Source: Myxococcaceae bacterium (GTDB lineage: Bacteria > Myxococcota > UBA727 > JABDBI01). Taken from it: a DNA stretch of 64,000 nucleotides. The stretch covers positions 91 to 64,090 of the forward strand of contig JAECQY010000003.1 in NCBI GenBank assembly GCA_016000045.1. Direction: 5' to 3'. Positions 9,535 through 18,965 of the stretch are shown here, piece after piece. Numbering within the stretch: position 1 is the stretch's first letter; every line of letters begins with the position of its first letter. Below the pieces are notes generated by a model. That model did not search any database. It saw only the letters and a program-made list of their open reading frames with translations, and had not been told where the DNA came from. Both the position numbers and the translations under genes were made by a program.

Positions 9535-10188
9535 TTATTTTATTATGGAACATTTAATTTGATTCAAGTCGATATTTTTATATCGCTTCAGGACTCTGCC
9601 GCCAAAATTGTCTTGAACCGCGAGACAGAGGGTTTGATCTTCCAAGCTGCAATTGACGAGTGAAAGATTTGATTTCAACAGTGCTCGATGGCATTCGTTT
9701 TGAGGAACGAACGTAGGAGGAAGCCTGCCCGCCAGGCTCTCTATCGTTACAATGCGTGTCAATAGATCAATCGATTCGTGTTTAAGCTTCACACAGCGAA
9801 TCGAATCATGGAGTTCAAAAGATCCATGAGACCAAAGATCGGAGATATTGGCAAAATGAGCAGCAGTATCCAAACACAATGCAGCCTTGGAACTCTTGCA
9901 TTCAATCAGGTACCTCTCGGTGGCCAATGGGTATGTCGCTGGCAAGCGGCAGTATTGAGAATCTAATTCAACCGGATTGCTTCGAAGCAATTCTTCATGA
10001 GTGAGGATCTGCTCTCTGAGAGAGGCTTTGGCTTCCCGAGCATGGCGGACATCCTTCAAGAACATCATGGTTTGCTCATGATTGCTTGAATCCCGGATTT
10101 TTTTAATCCGATCGAACATGGGCTCAGCCATGAGATTTCCCACCGCTAAGTAGAATAAGATTCCAAACAATCGTTGCTTAGCCTGCAT
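9535..10188 (-). CDS. hypothetical Cys-containing protein
   Basis: 217-aa ORF in the operon; no recognisable family. Confidence 0.45.
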   Translation of the reverse strand: MQAKQRLFGILFYLAVGNLMAEPMFDRIKKIRDSSNHEQTMMFLKDVRHAREAKASLREQILTHEELLRSNPVELDSQYCRLPATYPLATERYLIECKSSKAALCLDTAAHFANISDLWSHGSFELHDSIRCVKLKHESIDLLTRIVTIESLAGRLPPTFVPQNECHRALLKSNLSLVNCSLEDQTLCLAVQDNFGGRVLKRYKNIDLNQIKCSIIK

Positions 10189-10200
10189 GATAAAAATCTC

Positions 10201-10485
10201 TTACTGGGTTAACTTGGTTGCGTTGAGGGTCGCAATCACTTCTTTGTGTTCTTCAATCAAGTTGCTGGTCACTTCGATCAGGTTGCTCGTCGCTTCCTTG
10301 TGTTCCTCTCTTTGCTCTCTCAATTTGCTCGCTTCTAAGGCAAAATTCGCCATAGCGTCTTTTAAAATCTGTCGACTATTTTCTTGTTCCTGTTTCATTC
10401 TTTTGATTTTCTCAAAAGCGGACTCCGTTTGAGCGAAGAGAATGGAGGTTAAAAAGAGCGAGCTTAGGGTAAATATTTTTTTCAT
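10201..10485 (-). CDS. hypothetical secreted coiled-coil protein
   Basis: Signal peptide MKKIFTLSSLFLTSILFAQ. Charged heptad-like sequence with internal TSNLIE repeat. Confidence 0.5.
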   Translation of the reverse strand: MKKIFTLSSLFLTSILFAQTESAFEKIKRMKQEQENSRQILKDAMANFALEASKLREQREEHKEATSNLIEVTSNLIEEHKEVIATLNATKLTQ

Positions 10486-10497
10486 CGTTTTCCTTTT

Positions 10498-11460
10498 TTA
10501 TTGAACTAGTTTAATTTCCAGAAACCTTTTCGCAAACTCGCCTAGAGCATCCGTTAAAGATCCCATTTCTTCCAGAGTTTTCAGATGATTGGGTAACTCA
10601 AGAAAATAGTTTGAATCTGTGGCCAAATGTTTTTCAAATTCAGTCACTTGCTCTTGATTCATGCTCTCAAACGAATCCACCACCGCGTTGATATTCAATC
10701 GAATATCCTCATTTTCAAGAGCTCGAGGCTGAACGGACTGGAAATAGTGAAAAATAGAATCCGCAAGATTTTTGTCTGAATCGTTTGAGTAGTGCTTCAA
10801 CGTCGTCGTAGCAGCCAAAAGAAGATCATGTCCTTGTAGAAAAGCAAAAATTCCAAAAGCCAAACGCGAAGAGCCTCCCAGGGTCTGAACATAGGAGGCA
10901 AACTCTGAAAATTGAAGAGAGTCTAGCTTAAAATAGATTTTGCTTTTCAGCGTTGATTCTTGATAGTCTTTTGAATCGCTTTCAAGAATTGCCGAATAAG
11001 GCTCGATTGCTCCAATAAGTGCTTTGTTCGGATGCTTTCGAAAGTAAAATAAGGCTTCCGGATCATGATTTTGTTCCAAAATTCGCTCGAGCAGCTGCCT
11101 TTGCTCCTCTTCGGTCCATTGGAATGCGTTGGCATCGGATTCGAATTGAGAAGTCAATATTTCAATAATTCGGGGCTTCGAGGCTGTTTTACTCAGAGCG
11201 TAAACGTAAGCTTCGGGCAGTTTTCCTTTCGAGCCGATCAAATAGATTTGTTGAATGCCCGTTGTTTGAGTCAAGCGATCGCCTAAGCGCTTTGCGCCTT
11301 GGTTCAAAGAGAGGACTTGATCAATATAAGCAGGAAACGCGCTTGGATCGGATCTGAGATCTTTGGTGTAAGGGCTCAGATCAACAGCATTCATGTTAAG
11401 CTCTCGGCTGTGGCAACCGCCTAAAAAAGCAAGGACCATCAAGACTCGTTTTACCATGCG
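10498..11460 (-). CDS. hypothetical lipoprotein
   Basis: Probable start MVKRVLMVLAFLGGC (lipobox LGGC). The track ORF extends to 11538 but would overlap the upstream gene by 88 nt. Confidence 0.5.
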   Translation of the reverse strand, partial: RMVKRVLMVLAFLGGCHSRELNMNAVDLSPYTKDLRSDPSAFPAYIDQVLSLNQGAKRLGDRLTQTTGIQQIYLIGSKGKLPEAYVYALSKTASKPRIIEILTSQFESDANAFQWTEEEQRQLLERILEQNHDPEALFYFRKHPNKALIGAIEPYSAILESDSKDYQESTLKSKIYFKLDSLQFSEFASYVQTLGGSSRLAFGIFAFLQGHDLLLAATTTLKHYSNDSDKNLADSIFHYFQSVQPRALENEDIRLNINAVVDSFESMNQEQVTEFEKHLATDSNYFLELPNHLKTLEEMGSLTDALGEFAKRFLEIKLVQ

Positions 11461-12080
11461 TACCCCACTCGGACTCCGGGAATAAAACGAAATTGATTCT
11501 CTCGGTAAGCGATTTCTTTGCCTACAGGAATATCCCAATCGTATTCAACACCCGCGCTGAGTCCTAATAGGAGGCCCGTCTCAAAAATGCGTTCCCAGCC
11601 TGCATAAAATGAAGGCCGGATTCGCCAAGCATAGCGAAAGCCGCCAAAGCCGATTGCTTGCTGAGCGTAAACACCTGTTTGAAGCCAAAATTCAGCATAA
11701 AAACTCGCTTTTGCCATCCATTCGGACAGTCGGTATTTGATACCTCCACCGGCAAGAAGCGACCACTGCTCAGCTACTCTTGGATTAAAGTTGAACCGAG
11801 TTATGGCGAGGCTCGTACTGTCAAAAGAGATCGGAAACGTCATCGTCAAAAATTCCAATAGGCGAAGTTCGTAATCGAGTGTCAGCCGGCCGTTCAAAAA
11901 GGGATCCGCGAATAACGAAACCTGCATTCCGTGTGATGCTGCCCGATAACCGTAGGCTTTTGGATCCAAATCGATGATCAATTGAGTTAGGTCATCCGAT
12001 GGATTCTTGGCTGAAGGAGTTGCACTGGAAAAAAAACAGCAACTTAAAATCATCCAAAAATACGCTGCATTTTTTCTCAT
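11451..12080 (-). CDS. putative outer-membrane beta-barrel protein
   Basis: Signal peptide MRKNAAYFWMILSCCFFSSA. Alternating hydrophobic pattern. C-terminal ...GVRVGYAW aromatic terminus typical of OMPs. Confidence 0.5.
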   Translation of the reverse strand: MRKNAAYFWMILSCCFFSSATPSAKNPSDDLTQLIIDLDPKAYGYRAASHGMQVSLFADPFLNGRLTLDYELRLLEFLTMTFPISFDSTSLAITRFNFNPRVAEQWSLLAGGGIKYRLSEWMAKASFYAEFWLQTGVYAQQAIGFGGFRYAWRIRPSFYAGWERIFETGLLLGLSAGVEYDWDIPVGKEIAYRENQFRFIPGVRVGYAW

Positions 12081-12470
12081 AAATTAGAGCCTATTTTATT
12101 CATATATTTTCCTGTGTCAATACCGTTGCTTGATTTCGATTAAAAATCTGGCCGCTTTTTCGAGAGAAGCGAGTCCTACTGGATCGGTCGTCAATTTACC
12201 ACGCAGATCTCGTTCTTGGCTTCCTGTTAAGAACTGACTTGAACCCAAGGCTCCGAAGCTGAGCGCCGCATTTGAGACTACTCTTTGATCCCTTGAACAC
12301 ACAGTATCCAGAAAAAAAAGCGCTAACAAACGGGTTCTTGATGAGCCAAGCAAGGCGCTTCATACTCAACCCCTTGTCAAATATGCTGCTTTAAGGCAAT
12401 AAGGTCCCCATCCATGCAGTATCCCAATTCGCATCCTCAAACAGGCTCTGGCAATTTAGAAGGCGATCGA

Positions 12471-12998
12471 ATTCCTAAACAACGCGTGATGGAACCCCGA
12501 GTCAATCGTCGCATTCGCGTTCCTGAAATTCGCGTCATTATGGAAGACGGTGAGCAACTGGGTGTTTTGCCAACCCAGGAAGCTTTGCGAAAAGCGGAAT
12601 CGATGGGAATGGACTTGGTCGAAGTTTCTCCGATGGCAAAGCCACCGGTTTGTAAAATCATGGATTATGGGAAATTTAAGTACCAACAAAAGCGCAAAGC
12701 CAACGAAGCTAAAAAGAAGCAGCAGGTTATTGAGCTCAAAGAAGTGAAACTTCGACCTAAAACCGATGTTCACGATTTTGAAACAAAAATAAATCGCCTA
12801 AAAACATTTCTAGGCGATGGCAACAAAGGCAAAGTGACGGTGATGTTTCGAGGCCGGGAAATTGTGCACCCACAAATTGGTTTTGAGCTGATGAAACGAG
12901 TCGTTGAAGCCCTTCAAGAAGACGCTATTGTTGAATCTCCAGCGAAAATGGAAGGTCGACAGATGGTCATGATTGTAGGACCTCAGAAGAAGAAGTAA
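12471..12998 (+). CDS. infC: translation initiation factor IF-3
   Basis: RIRVPEIRVI...GVLPTQEALRKAESMGMDLVEVSPMAKPPVCKIMDYGKF...FRGREIVHPQIG...EGRQMVMIV matches IF-3. Start proposed at in-frame ATT 12471, preceded by GAAGG 7 nt upstream (IF-3 classically initiates at AUU). ATG alternatives are 12414 (track) and 12489. Confidence 0.8.
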   Translation: MPKQRVMEPRVNRRIRVPEIRVIMEDGEQLGVLPTQEALRKAESMGMDLVEVSPMAKPPVCKIMDYGKFKYQQKRKANEAKKKQQVIELKEVKLRPKTDVHDFETKINRLKTFLGDGNKGKVTVMFRGREIVHPQIGFELMKRVVEALQEDAIVESPAKMEGRQMVMIVGPQKKK

Positions 12999-13082
12999 CC
13001 CCCCTTGTGTTTTTAAGAAAAAGAGAGGAATTGGAAGAGGCGTATGGCAGGTTGTAATAAAAAAAGAGGCTTCAAGCCCAAA

Positions 13083-13274
13083 ATGAAGAGTAACCGTGGA
13101 GCGATGAAGCGGCTTTCTGTGACAGGAACCGGCTTGATTAAGGTTCCCAGCAAAGGGAAATCTCATTGTTTAAGCAATAAAAATCGCAAACGCAAACGCA
13201 ACTTGCTCAAAGCAGGATACTTAAATAAAGGTGATTCTTTGCGCACAGAACGCATGATTCCCTATTTGTTTTAA
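13083..13274 (+). CDS. rpmI: 50S ribosomal protein L35
   Basis: PKMKSNRGAMKRLSVTGTG...NKNRKRKRNL matches L35 (PKMKT..AKKRF..TG.G...KRKR). 63 aa from ATG 13083. The track ORF starts at 13044. Confidence 0.85.
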   Translation: MKSNRGAMKRLSVTGTGLIKVPSKGKSHCLSNKNRKRKRNLLKAGYLNKGDSLRTERMIPYLF

Positions 13275-13300
13275 GTTTCATTTAAAAAAGGATTTAGTAT

Positions 13301-13654
13301 ATGGCTCGTGTAACTCGTGGATTTAAGGCTCGTCATCGTCGTAAACGCATCTTGAAATTGGCTTCAGGCCACATTGGCACTCGAAATCGACTCTTTCGAA
13401 CCGCTGTAGAAAGTGTTGAAAGAGGCCTTGTTTATGCTTACCGAGATCGAAAAGTTAAGAAACGAGAATACCGAAAGCTTTGGATTACTCGTTTGAATGC
13501 GGCAGCCCGCCAAAATGGCTTGAGCTACAGCGTCCTTATGGCTAAGCTCAAAGCAGCTGATGTTGCTCTCGATCGACGCGCTCTCTCTGAATTGGCAATT
13601 TCCGATTCAGCGGCGTTCGCGGCGCTCGTGGGTCAAGTCAATGCAGCCGCTTGA
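13301..13654 (+). CDS. rplT: 50S ribosomal protein L20
   Basis: MARVTRGFKARHRRKRILKLASG...YAYRDRKVKKREYRKLWITRLNAAARQNGLSYS is canonical L20. Confidence 0.95.
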   Translation: MARVTRGFKARHRRKRILKLASGHIGTRNRLFRTAVESVERGLVYAYRDRKVKKREYRKLWITRLNAAARQNGLSYSVLMAKLKAADVALDRRALSELAISDSAAFAALVGQVNAAA

Positions 13655-14654
13655 GGAACTGAGACAAACCGCGGAGTCTTCGTTTGCCTCTTGCGCGAGT
13701 CTCGAAGAGCTCGATTCCCTGAAAGTTCACTACTTAGGGAAAAAAAGCCCTCTTTCTGAAATTTTGAAACAGATGGGGGCTCTTTCAATTGAAGAAAAAC
13801 GTGAAAGAGGGGCTCAAGCGAATTCCCTGCGAGATGATCTCAATCGTTGGGCCATTGAAACAGCAGGGCGTTTGGACCAAGTTCGAATTGAACGTTTAAG
13901 AGACGGTTGGATTGATGTTACGCTCCCAGGGTGTCGGGTCGACGAAGGTCGCCAGCACATCCTTTCCCAGACGGCCCAAGAGATTCTAGAAATCGTTCGT
14001 GAGCTTGGGTTTGACTCCGTACGCGGTCCGGAGATCGAGCACGATTTTTACAATTTTGAAGCCCTCAATATTCCTCAGCAACATCCTGCTCGAGAGATGC
14101 AAGACACATTCTACCTGACTCCAGGCGTTGTGTTGCGTACTCAGACAAGTCCGGTTCAAATTCGTGCCATGTTGGCAAGAAAAGAAGCTTCTATGAGAGT
14201 CGCTTGCTTGGGAAAGGTTTTTCGACACGATCAAGATTCGACTCATTCTCCGATGTTTCACCAGATCGAATTACTGGCTTTGGATGACAACATTTCGTTT
14301 GCGGATCTGAAAGGGACTCTCACTTATTTGATTCATAAACTTTTTTCGAGTCGTTCACAGCTTCGACTAAGGCCCAGTTATTTTCCTTTTACCGAACCCA
14401 GTGCAGAAGTGGATATCAGCTGTTTTGCTTGCGACGGCAAAGGATGTCGACTGTGTAAACAATCTGGATGGATTGAAATTTTAGGCTCTGGCATTGTTCA
14501 CCCCTTTGTCTTGCGGGCGGTGGGGCTCGATCCCGAAAAAGTACGAGGATTTGCGGTTGGGATGGGGCTTGAACGCATCGCAATGTTGCGTCATGGGATC
14601 GATGATATTCGCTACTTTTTTGAAAACGATCAGCGCTTTCTCAGTCAATTTTGA
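13641..14654 (+). CDS. pheS: phenylalanine--tRNA ligase alpha subunit
   Basis: Class II motifs (HPAREMQDTFYL, FRHDQDSTHSPMFHQIE, GWIEILGSGIVHP...GFAVGMGLERIAML). ATG 13641 (MQPLEEL) overlaps the rplT end. Confidence 0.9.
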   Translation: MQPLEELRQTAESSFASCASLEELDSLKVHYLGKKSPLSEILKQMGALSIEEKRERGAQANSLRDDLNRWAIETAGRLDQVRIERLRDGWIDVTLPGCRVDEGRQHILSQTAQEILEIVRELGFDSVRGPEIEHDFYNFEALNIPQQHPAREMQDTFYLTPGVVLRTQTSPVQIRAMLARKEASMRVACLGKVFRHDQDSTHSPMFHQIELLALDDNISFADLKGTLTYLIHKLFSSRSQLRLRPSYFPFTEPSAEVDISCFACDGKGCRLCKQSGWIEILGSGIVHPFVLRAVGLDPEKVRGFAVGMGLERIAMLRHGIDDIRYFFENDQRFLSQF

Positions 14655-14657
14655 ATT

Positions 14658-16745
14658 ATGCACATCAGCCAGCAAACTTTACAAACTTTTCTTGATTTAT
14701 CCTCTCTGTCCAAAGAAGAGATCGCCAAACGCTTGACCGAAGCAGGTCTGGAAGTGGAGGGCATGGCTCAGCATGATGAAGATACGATTTTTGAGCTTAA
14801 AGTCACTCCCAATCGACCGGATGCTTTAAGTCATATTGGGGTTGTTCGAGAGCTCGCTGCGACACTAGGGGTTCGGCCCAGTTTTTCAGTTCCATCGCTG
14901 AAAGAGCTTGGAGCTCCCATTCACGATTGGGTTCAGGTCCAAATTGAAGCAAAAGAGTCTTGCCCGCGCTATGCTTGTCGAATCATCGAGGGCGTGCACG
15001 TAGCCCCAAGCCCAGATTGGCTGGTCTCCAAGCTTGAAAGCCTGGGTCTTAAGTCCATTAACAACGTGGTTGATATTACAAACTGGGTTTTATTGGAACG
15101 CGGCCAGCCTCTGCATGCTTTTGATTTGGATCAAATCGCTAAGTCCAAAGGACGCATCAATCTTCGAATTCGAAAAGCAATTCTGGGTGAAAAGATTGTT
15201 CTCTTAAATGATCAAGAATGCGAGCTCAGTGAAGAGGAGTTGGTCATTGCCGATGAAGAAACGCCAATTGCCTTAGCCGGTGTGATGGGTGCAAAGAATA
15301 CGGAGGTTTCCAAAGCAACTCAGAATATTTTGCTTGAATCTGCGTACTTTGAACCCACTGGCATACGCAAAACCGCAAAACGCTACGGTATTTCAACGGA
15401 CTCGAGCTATCGCTTCGAACGGGGAACCGACCCGAATGGAGTGATCCAAGCACTTGAACGCGCAGCGAGCCTCATGATCGAGCTTGCGGGAGGACGTGTC
15501 CGAAGAGAAGCGGTGGATATTTATTCGAAACCGATTGAGCCTTTGGAGATTCCATTTCGCCCAAATCGCTTGCTTTCGATTTCTGGCTTATCGGAAATCG
15601 ATATGCCCGAACTCAGATTGCGTTTTTTAGGTTTGGGCATTGAAGCCGCCGGTCGGACTGGCCACGATTCCTTATATTTTCGGGCACCAACCTGGCGCCC
15701 GGATCTTCGAGAGGAAATCGATTTGATTGAGGAAGCCATTCGCTTGATCGGTTTTGATCAAATTCCGCTTAGATTAAGCAGCAGCCGAAAGTTTGAAGCT
15801 CAACGAATCGACGTTGATATCGATCGTTTGGAACAGGCGATACGCCTTCACTTTTCAAAAGCTGGGTTTTACGAATGCATCAATTACGCGTTTGGATCTC
15901 CTTCTGAAATGGCTCTATTCTCAAGCATCAAGCCCATTAAAATACAAAATCCGTTAGGCGAAGAAGCTTCGGTGATGCGTACCCATCTGTTTCCTGGCTT
16001 GCTGAGAAATCGATCCCTGAACTTAAGAAACCAAAGCAAAGAAATGTCTTTTTTTGAGATAGGGTGCGTTTTTGAGGGTCCTAATCCGAATGGTTCGCTT
16101 CCTGATACGGCCCAGTTGACGGTTGAGAATATGAGTTTCGATTCTTATGCCGTCGAACGCTTGCTGGTAGCGGGCATTCAATCACCGGGTGATTTCTTGA
16201 AGTTGAAAGGAAGCCTTGAACAGTTTTTTGAAGCTTTGCATGCTTCTGTCTCTTTTGCTGTTGCTTCCAACGCTCCTAGTTATTTTCACCCTCGTCAAGT
16301 TGCTGAAATTCGCGCAGCGAATACAACTTTGGGATATGTAGGCTTTTTGGATCCTGCGCTCGGAGAAGTATCCAGGTGTTGCGCGTTTGAAATCGATTTA
16401 AAAATGCTGCTCCCAGGGTGCTTTAAGATTCCTCAGATGAAGCCCTTGCTTAAATTTCCCAGTATCGAAAGAGACTTTGCTCTGCTGGTTGATTCCAAGT
16501 TGCCTGCAGGAAATTTGCTGGATACCGTTCGAAGTTTCAAAGCATTCAACTCTTTGTTGGAATCCGTTGAAATTTTTGATGTCTATCAAGGCAAAGGAGT
16601 TCCGGAGGACAAAAAATCCATTGCATTGCGAATTCGCCTGAGACATCCTGAACGGACTTTAAAAGACGAAGAAATAAACCCTTTGTTTGAGGAGCTGCTG
16701 CAGCAATTCCGATTAAGCCATCAAGCCATTCTCAGAGAGGCTTGA
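14658..16745 (+). CDS. pheT: phenylalanine--tRNA ligase beta subunit (695 aa, lacks an N-terminal EMAP-type tRNA-binding domain)
   Basis: Immediately follows pheS. B3/4 and B5-like regions (IDLIEEAIRLIGFDQIP, FEIGCVF). Length is shorter than the ~800-aa canonical form. Confidence 0.85.
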   Translation: MHISQQTLQTFLDLSSLSKEEIAKRLTEAGLEVEGMAQHDEDTIFELKVTPNRPDALSHIGVVRELAATLGVRPSFSVPSLKELGAPIHDWVQVQIEAKESCPRYACRIIEGVHVAPSPDWLVSKLESLGLKSINNVVDITNWVLLERGQPLHAFDLDQIAKSKGRINLRIRKAILGEKIVLLNDQECELSEEELVIADEETPIALAGVMGAKNTEVSKATQNILLESAYFEPTGIRKTAKRYGISTDSSYRFERGTDPNGVIQALERAASLMIELAGGRVRREAVDIYSKPIEPLEIPFRPNRLLSISGLSEIDMPELRLRFLGLGIEAAGRTGHDSLYFRAPTWRPDLREEIDLIEEAIRLIGFDQIPLRLSSSRKFEAQRIDVDIDRLEQAIRLHFSKAGFYECINYAFGSPSEMALFSSIKPIKIQNPLGEEASVMRTHLFPGLLRNRSLNLRNQSKEMSFFEIGCVFEGPNPNGSLPDTAQLTVENMSFDSYAVERLLVAGIQSPGDFLKLKGSLEQFFEALHASVSFAVASNAPSYFHPRQVAEIRAANTTLGYVGFLDPALGEVSRCCAFEIDLKMLLPGCFKIPQMKPLLKFPSIERDFALLVDSKLPAGNLLDTVRSFKAFNSLLESVEIFDVYQGKGVPEDKKSIALRIRLRHPERTLKDEEINPLFEELLQQFRLSHQAILREA

Positions 16746-16768
16746 GGGCCCAGCTCTTGGGTGCTAGC

Positions 16769-17830
16769 TTAAAAACACGATTCATTCATAGCATGCAAGG
16801 TTTTTAAGATGCGAGTTGAAATACGATAGGGGTCTGCGTTGGCTCCTGGCCTTCGATCTTCGATATAGCCGCATTTTTTGTTTGCTACCGGTTCTGGAAT
16901 ACGAATGGATGCTCCTCGATCGCAAGCACCCATCTTAAATGTGTTGATATCGGAGGTTTCGTGTAAACCCGTTAAGCGTTCTTCGAGGCCAAAGCCGTAT
17001 TCTGCGAGATGCTCTGGATGATGCTTCGATAAAGCTTCAACCAATTGATGGATCGAAGACCACCCTGTCTCCGGATCTCGCATGGCCTGAGTGGAAAAAT
17101 TCGTATGCATTCCGGCTCCATTCCAATTGGCTTTAGGCTTGCAGGACCAATTGATTGTGATGTTGCCATCCTCGGCTAGACGGATCAAAAGCCATCGAGC
17201 TATCCAGACTTGATCTGATATTGTAAGGGGATCCGCCGCTTCATGCTGCAAACCTCGATAACCAATTTGAAACTCCCATTGCGAAGGCATCACTTCGGCG
17301 TTGATCCCGTAAATGGCGAGGTTGGCCTCGGCGCAAGCAAATGCATGCGCTTCAACTAAATCACGGCCGAAGGTTCGATCCGAGCCAATGCCGCAATAAT
17401 AAGGACCTTGAGGAGCCAGTTCTTTCTCTGTTGGCCAGCCCAAGGGCCGTTCTCCTTGATACAGCGTGTATTCTTGCTCAAATCCAAACATGGCTTGCTC
17501 GTCTGAGGGGCTGTTTTGAAGCTCTTGCCTAAGTTTCGCACGGTAATTCGTTTCGTGGGCCGTTCCATCGGTGTTCAACACTTCGCACAAGACCAAGTAA
17601 TGATTTTCTCCACGAATGGGGTCGTTCACAAAGTAAGCGGGTTTTAAAATCAGATCCGAGTGACTGCCCGAAGCTTGATGAGTCGAAGAACCATCAAATC
17701 CCCAAATTGGAAACGAGTCCAGAGTTGGCAGTGAGTTTGAAAAATCCAGCATTCGGGTTTTATTGCGGAGAGCTTGAACCGGCTTTGTACCATCCAACCA
17801 AATATATTCGCAGAAACTGATCATGTTCAC
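16769..17830 (-). CDS. glnII: glutamine synthetase, type II (eukaryote-like GSII)
   Basis: ~350 aa. EYIWLDG, GFDGSSTHQASG, GPYYCGIG, EVMPSQWEFQIG, NWNGAGMHTNFST, TGLHETSDINTF, DRGASIRIP and EDRRPGANADPY all fit GSII rather than GSI. Confidence 0.85.
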   Translation of the reverse strand: MNMISFCEYIWLDGTKPVQALRNKTRMLDFSNSLPTLDSFPIWGFDGSSTHQASGSHSDLILKPAYFVNDPIRGENHYLVLCEVLNTDGTAHETNYRAKLRQELQNSPSDEQAMFGFEQEYTLYQGERPLGWPTEKELAPQGPYYCGIGSDRTFGRDLVEAHAFACAEANLAIYGINAEVMPSQWEFQIGYRGLQHEAADPLTISDQVWIARWLLIRLAEDGNITINWSCKPKANWNGAGMHTNFSTQAMRDPETGWSSIHQLVEALSKHHPEHLAEYGFGLEERLTGLHETSDINTFKMGACDRGASIRIPEPVANKKCGYIEDRRPGANADPYRISTRILKTLHAMNESCF

Positions 17831-17835
17831 TCCTC

Positions 17836-18912
17836 TTAGTTCATGAGAACGGTCAAGTGACCTTTTTTCTTCGCCGGAACGGGTTTATTCATCGCTGCTT
17901 GGGCCATGCAAGTCGCTACTTCGTGCGCAAGGTCTTGATAGATCGAATTTTCGTGAGTTAAGTTTGGATCCAGGGGGAACTGACCCAAATTGCGAACATG
18001 AAGCTGAGACCAGAGATCGGATTCTTGCTCTCCTCGAAACATCGGATGCTTTTGAGAACAGTGCTCACACAGGTAATAGCTCATGTTTTCAATCAATCCG
18101 AAGGCGGGAATATTCATTTTATCCAGCATGGCTTTGGCGCGCACCACATCCGCCTTGGAAAGAGGGTGTGGAGTGGAAACAATGACAGCCCCCGCCGTGC
18201 GAACTCGTTGAGAAACCGTCAAGTGGATATCTCCGGTGCCAGGAGGCATATCGACGACTAAATAATCCAGATCACCCCAAGCTACGTTGTTGAACATCTG
18301 CATCGAAGCGGAAGCGATCATCGGTCCGCGCCAAATCATAGCCGACTCCGTATCGACTAAAAACCCGATGCTCATGAGCTTGATTCCCTCTTTCTCAATC
18401 GGAAGCATGTAGTTTCCTTCGCCTTCCGGGCCTGGCACTCCCAAGATGCTTGTATCGCTTGGAATATCAAAAAGCGTGGGAACAGAAGGCCCATAGACGT
18501 CTGCATCCAGCAGTCCGACGCGACAGCCCATCTTTGCCAAGGCCAAGGCCATATTTTTCGCAATCGTGCTTTTGCCGACGCCTCCTTTACCAGAAACGAT
18601 TAATACGATGTTTTTAACATCGGCCAGGCCTTCCTTTTGGATGCTTTGCTCCACTGCAGCCTGGACATCTGCAAAAACATTTAATTCGACCTCTGTATCC
18701 ATAGGAAGCTCAGACATAGCTGCTTTTTTTACAGCCATCGCGCAATCTTGCTTTGAACGCAGCGCAAAAGTCGGCAAGACCAAATCGATTTGCAACTTTT
18801 TTTCGACGATTTCAATTCGACGGACCCATCCCAGTTCAACAATATTTTTTTCAAATTCGGGAACCCGAATCTCCGAAAATTGCTTTAACAAAATATCCTT
18901 TAACATGAACAT
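17836..18912 (-). CDS. apbC: Mrp/NBP35 (ApbC) iron-sulfur cluster carrier ATPase with N-terminal DUF59/MIP18 domain
   Basis: VSGKGGVGKSTIAKNMALALA deviant Walker A. CEHCSQKH. N-terminal DUF59-like NIVELGWVRRIEI. The track ORF N-terminal extension (to 19065) would overlap the divergent dehydrogenase gene. Confidence 0.85.
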   Translation of the reverse strand: MFMLKDILLKQFSEIRVPEFEKNIVELGWVRRIEIVEKKLQIDLVLPTFALRSKQDCAMAVKKAAMSELPMDTEVELNVFADVQAAVEQSIQKEGLADVKNIVLIVSGKGGVGKSTIAKNMALALAKMGCRVGLLDADVYGPSVPTLFDIPSDTSILGVPGPEGEGNYMLPIEKEGIKLMSIGFLVDTESAMIWRGPMIASASMQMFNNVAWGDLDYLVVDMPPGTGDIHLTVSQRVRTAGAVIVSTPHPLSKADVVRAKAMLDKMNIPAFGLIENMSYYLCEHCSQKHPMFRGEQESDLWSQLHVRNLGQFPLDPNLTHENSIYQDLAHEVATCMAQAAMNKPVPAKKKGHLTVLMN

Positions 18913-18965
18913 CGGACTAACGTCGTATGGATCCAAAGTCAAAGACTCCATTACTGTGAACTCTA

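Noticed and set aside
12117-12353. 78-aa minus-strand ORF upstream of infC
   Set aside because: No SD, no homology, unremarkable composition. It could be a small secreted protein but evidence is insufficient.
18566-18965. 133-aa N-terminal extension of the dehydrogenase ORF
   Set aside because: The extension is antisense to the well-supported apbC gene and has no homology. The Rossmann N-terminus MKTVVSVIGLGYVG begins at ATG 18966.
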